Assembly: GCA_030704615.1 (NCBI GenBank)
Contig: CM060733.1
Span: forward strand, 44,578,001 to 44,642,000
Direction: 5' to 3'
Source: Takakia lepidozioides
Lineage: Eukaryota; Plantae; Bryophyta
Length of the DNA: 64,000 nt
Part shown: one piece after another, positions 12,690 to 23,033 of the stretch
Layout: each line of letters opens with the position of its first letter
How positions within the stretch are numbered: position 1 is the first letter of the stretch
Translations under genes and position numbers: made by a program
Notes under the pieces: generated by a model
Databases searched by the model: none
Seen by the model: the letters and a program-made list of their open reading frames with translations, nothing else
Told to the model about the DNA's origin: nothing

Positions 12690-13620
12690 GAAATAAAAGA
12701 CGCCTGCTGATCGATGAGGGTTGTATCTCTTTTGCCAGATCGCACACTATTTGAAGCATTCGATTCGGTGCTACAAGGCTCAGATTCTAGTTTTTTTTTT
12801 TTCGCAATCTCAATAGATGCCAAATTTCTCAATCTAGCAAATGGTGTAGAAACTTCAAAAAACACTCGAGCAACATCTACCATCTCCACTTCATGCGGTC
12901 TCATCATACATTTCTAGATGGAATTTGCTCTTTCCAAATCCATTTCGTTATTTTTAACCGGTACAACCCAGTTGGTAGAAATGAAATACTGAGAAGACAT
13001 CACATATGGAGGAGAACACGGAGCAGTGTTGAATTCAATTGCCCTCGCATTTTGTATCTGCACCACATGCGTGCTCTCTCCAAAACATTTTGGTGTGAGA
13101 GGCAAACCTTTGTTTTTCCGAAGCAGGCACCAAACTTCGAATACTCATCCATTCCATCTTGCATCTCCTCATCGCTAACGTTCACGTAGACGAAGTGGAA
13201 ATCTGGTTTGTCGATGTCTTCGATATAGTACCCGATCATGCCGATACATGTGTATAGGCCCTTGCCTCGTAATAGCTTGCAGTGCACATGATGCCCGGCT
13301 GGTGCAGATTTTGGATTGTTCCAATAGGTGAAAAGGGGCAGTAGCCGTAAGGCGAAGTAGCTCTTAGTTACGCCAGCTTCGGCTGGAGTCTTCTCTCTCT
13401 CTCTCTCTGGATTGTCCCAACCTAAAGCGCTTTTAATTTGTTCGTTGAGCATGATCAAACTCGATACGTAGACCTTATACACCATTTGTAGATGGCCATG
13501 AAATAAAGTCCCTCCTCTTTCTAGTGAACAAACTGACACGCATTGTGTTCGTAGAGAAAATGTTCAATTTTCGAGTAACAACCTGGAATATCGGTCTGCT
13601 CCTGCTATTTGCAATGGCTT
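12690..13620 (-). mobile_element. Replitron-type HUH endonuclease (rolling-circle transposase) pseudogene
   Basis: Translation CSLERGGTLFHGHLQMV (HUH motif)...IKSALGWD...GHHVHCKLLRGKGLYTCIGMIGYYIED (catalytic Tyr region)...FHFVYVNVSDEEMQDGMDEYSKFG...LSHQNVLERARMW. It continues after frameshift/stop as QYFISTNWVVP...MDLERANSI*KCMMRPHEVEMVDVARVFF. This matches the Replitron HUH protein layout as recognised from memory; no search was run. Confidence 0.82.
13325..13407 (+). mobile_element. Short retroposed element (3' end of SINE/LINE) with (CT)n tail inside the Replitron ORF
   Basis: Flanked by TGGATTGTTCCAA (13312-13324) and TGGATTGTCCCAA (13408-13420), a 12/13 TSD. A related copy lies at 39560-39638. 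Confidence 0.75.
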
Positions 13621-14579
13621 TATCTCTGGTTGCTTAAACAAGTGTAATTTCCACAGATGTTACCCAAATCCAGTTTTTTTTTTGTCGTGCACAGGCTGCC
13701 CACTTGTACATATTATATGCAAAAGCAATTGGGCAAATTCGAAGAGACGACGCAAATTTAGGGTTTGCAGTGTCAGGGGGGTCTCTTGTTTCATTATCTT
13801 CTTGCGGTTTCCTCTCTCTTTCACGTAGCTCCGCACGCATTCCTTGTCGTTCCTTGCATGTTGTCGTTGCCTTGTAATTGCTTTGCAGGTTGTCATTGCT
13901 TTTTGATTTTGCTGTAGGTTCCCATTGCGATCGGCTTCTCTTGTGACTTCATTTTTGTTGTGTCGAAGGAGATCGATTGTGCGCTCTTGTTCATAGCTTA
14001 TATTTGTCTTGTCGTGTCCTTATCTTGTCTTGCCATTGCCTTGCTACCATTGCCTCACATGCATGTCTGAGTCATTTATGCTTATGTTTGAAGCTCTATA
14101 GCCAACACATTTGCGCACCTTGTCTGTTTGGATTCAATCGAAAAGGCGACTGCCATCAGTGTGTTGTTATGGCAACCTTTTACGATCCTCCCCCTGCTCC
14201 GAAATACCTAGCTAAGGAGGCTCTTGCAATCACTGAACGGGCGAGGGGCCTAGGTGCTAGTGAGGAGCAAGTGACTCAACTCATTGGTGCTTTGAACAAA
14301 TAGTACTTAGTACGAATGAAATGTCGACCAGCTCGAATCTAGCCTGTGTTTCCTGTGCTAGCTAATTTTTGCTATTTATGACGTCTGCAACCAACAAAAG
14401 TCCTCGGGTGGCTTGAATGGTAGCAGGAGGGGCATCCCATAGGCTTCTCTTCCCACATCAATGAGCTATTGAGGGAGTCAGTGTAGCCTGATTTTGCAGA
14501 GTCATCTACAAGTAGTCACCTTGAGGCTGATCAAATGGGGAATCAAAATATGGTATCTTGCAAATGAAAGAAAGAAAGT

Positions 14580-15476
14580 ATGACGCCTCCCGAAGGGAGC
14601 GTAACTCTTGCAAATGCTAAGAGTAGGTACGTTCATAAGATGGAAGTGTACCTAGGAAGAGATGATGGGGTGGACTTGAGTCATGGCATTGACTATTCGG
14701 TTGTGACACGAATCCTTTCTGACTTTGAAGATAAATGGCACGTAGTCACTATGGACAATTTCTTTTCTAGCCATGTTGTCTTCTACGACTTGGCAAAGAA
14801 AAACATCTATACAACTACTATAGTGAAAACCATACGGGTGGGTTTCCTAGTTGTTTGGATTGGGGAAAAAAAAGGGAAAGATGGAGGCTGCAATGACGCA
14901 TGCATATTTATGGCAAAATAACTGTTTTGGCATGGTTTGATAGGAAATGTGTTCACTTGCTATCTACTGCTGTCAGGCACATTGATCCATATTAGTTTAT
15001 TAGACGGTAGCACAATGGGCATTCCGCCTTGTGCCCATCTCCTCCGTGGTGAAGCACTATCAAGAACATATGAGGGGGATGGATGACGTGCAAGACTAGT
15101 TATGTGGATATAAAAGGTTGCAAACCCGTGATCACAAATGGTGGCACGGGCTGTACTTTCACTCTGCTGACACCAATTTGGTGAACGCCTATATTATACC
15201 AACAATTCACAAGGGGTCGCACCCCTTAGTCACATTTGCTTTTCAATTTAAATGTGGCTAATGGATTGATTGGTGGGTGAACCAGTTGACCCCATGAGGA
15301 CTATCATGCTAGGGGTGTATGTACCGGACCCCGGGGCACTCCACTTCTCCATGAAAAGTAGTAGGAGAATGAGGTGTGTTTCATGCGGTGCAAGACAGAG
15401 GTACCTTTGCTTTGTATGTGGAGATGTCTCCCTTTGCTTGGGGGCATGCTTTGTCGAGCATCACAGTGGATCATGA
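14580..15476 (+). mobile_element. piggyBac-type DDE transposase (DDE_Tnp_1_7/PGBD) pseudogene with C-terminal Cys-rich zinc-binding domain
   Basis: NAKSRYVHKMEVYLG...VVTRILSDFEDKWHVVTMDNFFSS (piggyBac DNxF motif). Downstream degenerate WFDRKCVHLLST, HMRGMD, KWWHGLYF...LVNAYI, then RCVSCGARQRYLCFVCGDVSLCLGACFVEHH. Frameshifted. A possible N-terminus starts near 14169. Confidence 0.8.
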
Positions 15477-16159
15477 TGTATTTGAGTATTGTATTAGTGA
15501 TCTAACCATACTTTATTTGTTGCTGCAGAGATGAAGCAGCAGTTCTGAATGAGGGGGTACCCTCATTTTTTTTCCCCTTATACTGTTGTGGTGTTGTGCT
15601 TGTGTTTGAATAGTGTGGTTTGCCTAGGTGTTGGTTTCTATATGCTTTTGCTGGCTTTGAAGAGGACTTACTAGCTGAAGGGATAGACCAAAAGGTTTTT
15701 TTAAACAAAGTTGTAGGTTGGTAGAGAGTCGCTTGGAGAATATAGAAGGTATATGCAATTGTCAATCTTTTGGTTTGGGGTGGGATTCCTGGATTTTAGT
15801 TTTTGCTAGCTAATATGTATGACTTGTTGTTGTGGTTTGTATGTAGGTTGCTGCATGTAGTCTATAGATGGTGGGTATGTACATTCCATGTTAGTATGTA
15901 TATAGGTTGTTGCTTTTGTGGTAGAGAATGATGTATGTTAGTGTAGTCCCCTATCCAAGCGGAGGTGTAGACGAGGGGGAAGAGTAGCCGCCCCCTTGTA
16001 TGCATGTATGGGCTGCCAAAGGGGCAGAATGGATTCAAATCCCACCCATGCAATTTAGTTTGTAGATGTGGGTGGAAAGGATAAATAGAGACAAGTGTGT
16101 GAGAGTCAGTTGCTGATAACGAAATAGAGAGATTCCTATGAGAGTTCCATTGATAGGAA

Positions 16160-16594
16160 AAAAAAAAGACACTCTTGTGAGAGTTTCATATAATAATTTT
16201 GGAGCCCCATTGCTTTGACCACCTGCCAAATGGCGCAATGAGCTCCAAATTCCAAGGTTTTGGGCCTGTTGGAATATGGATGTGGTGGGGATGAAAGGTT
16301 GTCTCCACCAAGCCCAACAAATTCCAACCTGACATCCAAAACCCAGTATATTCTTTATTTTTTATTTGTTTTTAAAAATAAAAAATAGAGGGTCCCACAT
16401 ACAACGGTGGTTTCTGCATATCTCATTGGATTGGCCTAAATTTTGCACAAGACGTGCAGCGGGTAGGTGGGCATATCTATCCAATTGATCTTCTTATATT
16501 CCAAATTTTTCGCAAACTACAATATTTTTATTGTGCAAGGGTTGTTTCTTTTGGAAAAAGTCAACCGACCCCAAGGGCGTTTAGGGGCCGTTAA
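16160..16594 (+). mobile_element. Probable right end of a piggyBac-like element
   Basis: Ends ...GGGCGTTTAGGGGCCG-TTAA (16591-16594). Its reverse complement shares blocks (CCCACCTACCC, AATCCAA, AGATmTGCAGA) with the TTAA-CCCT terminus at 37413. Confidence 0.45.
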
Positions 16595-18255
16595 AATGTG
16601 AAATGAAAGGCAATAGTCTTTCAAAGCGAAGTGACACCATAAGTTACCTGTGTTTTGACAATAGTTGTTTTTCTCTTCCTCCCTTCTTATATGGTTTAAT
16701 ATCTCTTTATATTACAGATTTAATTTTTTTTAATAAAAATACAACATAAGAAACTACACTCCTATATATTTTTAAATTAAAAATAATATTAATTTTAAAA
16801 TAAAAATATTTAATCAATTAATGGTATGATTTTTATTATAACATGAAAAAGACTCGAGCTGACAAGCTCATGTAACAAGCTCACGTCTATATTTTTAATT
16901 ATCTAAAATATAGACAAGAGAGTGAAATCTAATATTATTATTACTATTAACTATTATTATTATCATATATATTCATAATATATTAGTAACGTGAAGCTTA
17001 CTCACGATAAAACCAATTCTGAGGGTTTCAAAACCCCTGTTTTTTGCATCAGTGACGAAAGGTTGCGTCAACTCTGACGATGAGGCAACCTACGTTATGT
17101 CGATTTTAAGTGTCGATAATGTAATTTTCAGGGGGGGGTGAAAAATAATAAGTATGACAGTGCATAAGTATTTACGTTTCCGAAGACTTCACGCATAAAA
17201 AAATTCAATTGAATCGAATTAATCCACCGCTCTTTTGACCTCATTTCTTGCATTGCCAGAGCATGTGTATTTAATGTCATCAATTTTTTGAGGCATATTT
17301 GGGTTGCAATATATTTTTTTTTTTTGGCCTGTGACGTGGGGGAGGACATCCATGATGACCTCAAGGGTCTACCTACTCTCAGCACAGATTCAAATTTAAA
17401 CTCAGGGCAGGAAGCCTATATTTGAACAGCAAACAGAAGCAGAGAGGAAAATGAGAGTACAATTGTCCGTTGTGTGGCAACCCGAAGACAATATTCATTT
17501 CTTGATTCACTATCCAGGGGTGCTCAAGGAGTGCATGTAGTTTAAAAAAATTATGTACTATTTTGAGCATAGAAAATAACTATTTTCATAAAGTTCTTTA
17601 CAAATAATATTTTTTCCAATTGATTTATATTTCAATTCATTTGATTTTTTATTTAATGTCATGGTTTCATGAAAAAAGGATTCAAGTAGCATTCACAAGA
17701 TGAGAAAACTGGAGCAAAAAATGCCAACAGAACATTAAGTAAAAGTCACAATGATTAACTAAATCTGAGATGACTTTCAACATGTCTCTCTGCATGATTG
17801 CTTTTGTTTGTGACAACAGCCACCTACAAAGGGTCGTTGAAGTGGATATTGTCTTGCCCACACAACGGGCATTTCGAATCGAACCGTGCACAGCTGGGGT
17901 GTTGCTACATACGGTGTGTTGGGAGTGACATAAGAGTCGCTGGGTCAGGATGCCATATACACCGAACGTTCAGCGAGGCGCAGGTCCCGATCAAAAAAAG
18001 AAAGTCAACGCAACAGCGTCACAAGATGTCCCCTCTGGTATGATACTAACGCTAGAAATATTTCCTCACTTTCCTCACTTCAGATAGAATATATATTCTT
18101 TGCAACTGACAACTACAACGACGGGCCTACGCTATGGATGGGTTATCAAATGATGGAACAATGCGCTCCAACCAGCCCCTCATCACAAATACCATATCAT
18201 GGGACTGTCTCATCCAGCTCGGAACCCCGACGTAGGAAGGTGATGAGCTGTTCAC

Positions 18256-18960
18256 ATGCAGAAAAACATATCCGAGGGTCCTGCAGCGGCTCTACCCATC
18301 CTCCCGACTGGATGGGCGGAATGGTTAGTACTTCATCTCACTCAATTTCCCAAAGGCTCCAGAGTGCACCCTACCCCTGGGCTCCTAGCACAATCTTACC
18401 ATATCACGATCTGCTTCGACAGTAACACCGACATCACGAAGGACAGAGTTCTAGTTCAGGCATGACACTGCTTCAATGTAATAGGCATACAATTGGGCAC
18501 GTCTCTGTACGCTCCAATCTCTGTGTATACCAAACCAACCATCAGATTGTGGTCAGGAATAAAGGTTGAACTCCTCCATCCAGAAACTAATGACATAGCT
18601 CTGCTCAAGGGAGACAAATCTTTCGTTATGGAGACACGCACCCCAATGCAAGGCAAAATCGAGAAAGCTTTTGACATGATGACATCTTCAAAATATTTAT
18701 CTCGCTACATCATGGACAATGTACTAATTGGTTCCCTAAGCAACCAGCTTTCGGTGCATTCATAACGGAAACCTATCTTCACGGCGACGAATTCGAGATT
18801 TTTCACATCATAAAGCCAACTCTGGACACTAAACATGGATTCATCTACACCCGTCAAAAGAGACCGGTCAACGTATACTGGAGCTTGGAGTTTACCTAGG
18901 GCACATGCTCATTAAGCCGCAAGTACGAATGAAAAAACACATTATTTCCACTATGAGCGC
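18256..18960 (+). pseudogene. Degenerate TE-like coding remnant (possible retroelement ORF1-type protein)
   Basis: Broken reading frames YHITICFD...LGTSLYAPISV...WSGIKVELLHPETNDIALLKGDKSFVME...GKIEKAFD, with stops and frameshifts. Resembles bryophyte TE-associated ORFs from memory only. Confidence 0.3.
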
Positions 18961-19329
18961 TTCCCACTCGGCAGGAGCCTCTTGGGGGGTGGCTTTGATG
19001 CCCGAACCTCATTCACTCACAACAAGACACAGTGAAGGCGCCGGACCAGCTGCTACGCATTTGTAACATGCTGCACGCCCATTTCAACAACGTCGCCTCC
19101 AACAGAGAATTCTAAGCATATTGGTATGGTGTACAGATCACGTATGAAAACCCCACAATTTATCCAATGTGGTACAACAAACAACATGTGTTACTGATTG
19201 GACTTCTCCCCTCACATCCACAGCCTGAATGACACGGCGCCACCAGCAGCAGAGATCCTTGACAGGCTCAGGGTAGCGAATATCAACCAGGCATTGGTGG
19301 ATACTGTCGAATCCATCAACATCCGCCCA

Positions 19330-19404
19330 CTACCCTATTATTTTTCGAATGAAATATATTTCCAATAAAAAAGACATTGTTCTCATAAGTCGTCACTAGT
19401 AGTG
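19330..19404 (-). mobile_element. CACTA-type terminus fragment
   Basis: Ends in TAGTAGTG (reverse complement CACTACTA). The same ~65 bp, minus the terminal 7 nt, occur inverted at 31146-31209. Confidence 0.45.
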
Positions 19405-19533
19405 CATTGCAACGCGAAGCCCTAGTAACAATAAATGATGTCAACCAAAGTGCATAAATAAGAGCCTCTTCTCCAAACGGTACTGCTCTCTTTAGGGTGT
19501 GGGCTCTATGAAAGGTGCATATATAATGAAAAA

Positions 19534-19700
19534 AACAACCAAGTTGTGGCCCGGTGGTAATGGGCACATCGGAAGGGGTTGTGGATTCAATCCACTGATT
19601 GGTGTCACAGAGGTGTCCACCTTCCTGCTGGAAGGCAGTAGCCCTTCAGGGTCAAGAGATACCCTAATTTACGCTTCTTTCGGGAGGCGTCATATATATA
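19534..19700 (+). mobile_element. tRNA-derived SINE (family shared with 36149 and 41413 copies)
   Basis: A-box TGGCCCGGTGG, B-box-like GGATTCAATCC, body GTGTCCACCTTCC...GGAAGGCAGTAG...GGGTCAAG...TTACGCTT, and an (AT)n tail. Confidence 0.7.
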
Positions 19701-19710
19701 TGTACGTATA

Positions 19711-21252
19711 TGTACGTGAAAAGAGAAAGACACAAAGAAATGAACCCAATGATTAGGACTCCATGGACTTAGTGAGATAGAACATCAGGAATAACCTGAG
19801 AATTGTATCTAATAGTATCATTACATGTCATTTTCATTTGGGATTGTTTGTAAGGATATATATCAAGTTATCACTGAAAGTAAAAATTAAAATTCTCATC
19901 ATCAATAGTATCAATTTTTTTTTAATTAATTTTTTTCTTCATGACATTTAATGGTACCACCAAGGCCTTATGGGAGAGTGGTAATGAACAATTATTCCTG
20001 TGAGTTTATGTTCTCTTAGTGAATGAAAGGAATGGTTGTGGCAAATGTTCTGAACTTCATTTCATTGTTTTTTTTCTCTTTTTTACAAGAAAGAGGACGA
20101 CTTTACTATTTTAATCAAATTAAATTATTAGAATTCTAATTTTTAAAAAAGGAGAAAAAATGACAAGGTTATAAAGACAAATATAAAGGTAAAGGTAACA
20201 TGATTCAAACCCAAAATCATTTGGTGGCAATCATACAAGAGCAAAATCGTAGAAATGAGCAATACCACACTGTCCGACAGAGCTACCAAATTGTTACATT
20301 CAAAGGAATATTCAATATATATTTTGAGGTTTAGCCAAAACTATCGATGTGGCTTAAATTTTGGCACTAGCTGGCATCCTAAAGTCTGCAGTCTCATTAG
20401 GTCACACTTTGGGTCACACCTTGGAACGAGACCAAGAATGAACGAGCAAGAAATATGTATAAAAGATAGAAGATACATAGAGCTTCGTAATAATCTCACA
20501 AGTTCTCAGCAATCGTCACCATTATGCACAGTACCAGGAACATGGCTTTGGACCGATTATCCCTCTTGGGAAAACCGAAAGGATCTGTACCACCACACGA
20601 GCAAATGAACAAACCTTGTTTACTACTTGTACATATGATGTGCAGTTTGATAAGCGTAAAATCGAAAATAAAATAAAATATATGAAAGTGGCCAACTGGT
20701 CGCATTATAGTTAGGTCCCCGCTATAGAGCCCACCCCGGAAAGGGGGCAATACCCTCAATGGGAAGAGGCTCCTATTTACGCCGGCATCCCTGTTGGTTT
20801 TTTAAAATAAAGAAAAAAAAAACATGCAGTTTGTATAATGCTGTTTATAGTACCTATACTTGGAGTGTTGTGTGTGTGAAAGTTCTCCCAACGTGATTTA
20901 ACTTAGTCCCTCTTCTTTAAGAAAAAAAAGAAACAAGCCTCAAACGGCAATTGGCTCTCTTGCTTTGCTTTGGCACAACATAAGAGGAAGGTAAGACAAG
21001 GGAGCATGACTCAGCACAATGCCCCAATCAGCGCCTTGACACGGTGTATGGTACTTTGACCACATGTACCTGAAAAGAGAAAGACATAAAGAAATGAACC
21101 CAATGTTTAGGACTCCGTGGACTTAGTGAAATAGAACATCAGGAATAACCTGAGAATTGTATCTAATAGTATCATTACATGTCATTTTTCTTTGGGATTT
21201 TTTGTAAGGATATATATCAAGTTATCACTAAAAGTGAAAAATTAAAATTCTC
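19711..21252 (+). repeat. ~187-bp direct repeat pair (19711-19897 and 21064-21252)
   Basis: Near-identical blocks TGAAAAGAGAAAGACA...GGACTTAGTGA...TATCATTACATGTCATTTT...TTAAAATTCTC. Confidence 0.85.
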
Positions 21253-21259
21253 TCCCCTG

Positions 21260-22130
21260 CTTAGAGCGATCCAAGTTTCAACCTCAATGGTCAGTCCATC
21301 GGGTGAATGATAACAATTCAAACCTCTAGGTATCCCTTCTCCACCGGGCTCAACCTCGTTATTTTACAAAGAAGGGAAAGTTTACAGGTTCAACACACAA
21401 TCATCTTACTCACAGATTAGATGCCCCCCCCATCTCCACCAAGATTCCGGGGCCGTCAGATTATTCCTCTCTATCCCGGGAAATTACCTGCACTGGGGTT
21501 GTATGCCTTGTAGAGCAGAGCACGCCAACTAGGGGGGAATCTTCCAACAACTTAACACATAGAGCTATTTTTCATTCAACACAAGTACACCAAATGAGAT
21601 CCAAAATCCACCACCCGTTCTCTTGAGTGCTTTGATTTATATTGTACTTAAGCAAGTAATCTTATCTAGGCCAAACGGCTGCCTTCTATTGGTTAGCCAG
21701 ATGCCATCCTAGCTGGACCACACAAGCCTGCCACATCCTCTAATATGATCCTAATCTTACTTTTAACTAAAGACAACATCAACTTAATATAGCCAGCTGT
21801 ACCAACGTCTAATGCATAATGGCTACTCCACCTACATCCAGCTAAGATTAACTGAGAGCCTCATCCGGTGTCATTCGTTAGCCTGAATGAGCATCACCAT
21901 CCTGCTCCATCCACGATACCATTCATCCATGCCCAAAAGCCAGCAGGTGGGAATCAAGCCCTTACAGGTCAGAAGACTGGAATGCAATTTATTTGGAATG
22001 ATTGGGGAAAAAAAATTAAATCCCCCAAGCCCACCGCGCACACCGTAGTCAGTGAAGGTTCGAACTTGACCCCTCCAAGAAGGAAAGAGACCAGCAGACC
22101 CAGTAGACCCAGCATTGGAGTAAGTGCAAT
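21260..22130. mobile_element. Degenerate LTR-like remnant related to the 48100-48400 Gypsy 3' region
   Basis: Shares blocks GGTyAGCCAGATGyC, GCCACATC, ATCCTAATCT and CCATTCATC...CAGGTG with 48117-48370. Confidence 0.35.
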
Positions 22131-23033
22131 GATAATTTAATGTGTCTGCCTGGCAAGAACGTTCCTTGATCAGTTTAGTCGTTTGAGTAGTCCCGACTGG
22201 AAAGTTGCAATCATATGTGACGCACTTGTTACCGCATGAGGACAAAGAAGCCTCTCAGTAATCACGCGACGAATACATAGAAGCAGCGAGCTTTATTCCC
22301 ACTTGATCGATGGGGTTTGTTATTCTTCATAGTGTACCCACTCCCCTCCAAGAATGCTGGTTGCAATGTAGAGAACGAAGAGGGTTGGTCAAAGATGGAT
22401 GTGGCTCTAACAAAGCAGGGTGGTTTCCTGAAGCAGACCTGGTTATTTCTTTGCCAAGCTCACGAAAAAAGAAATGCACTCCTGGTCTAGATTCCAGTTG
22501 ACATTGCAAACCATGCTTTGTTTAAGAGGATGGGGCTCCTCCACTTTTTCCTCTGTGGGTCATGGAAGCATGAAACCTTGCCAGACACCACAGTCAGTGC
22601 AGCATCAGAGAAAGAAATAACATCTTCATGCATGAAACCCCTGTGGAAATTGGAAATTAGCCTGATTCATAATAAGGTCATCTCAAGGGTTGCATGCTCA
22701 TGAGAATCCTACTCTTGATAGACTCTGGTAAATACTGAATCAGAATCACTGGTAGAGTGGAGTGGTGCACTGGGCCTACATAACTGCAAGAACCACAATG
22801 TGTCTGTGAACTGCTCTTCATACAAGCAAAACCAAGACAGATTTATACATCAGCTGAAAATACAACTATTCACTGTATTGTCTTCCCCACTCTGCACAAA
22901 TTGATAGAACCTCCAATGTATTAGTATTTATGTTCAGTGTGAGCATGTACAGGTTAACAACTTTGTATGGGTGTATACTAGGCATGTAAGAGTTTTCTGG
23001 TCGCACATGATACCTGCCCTGGCAGTTACATAA

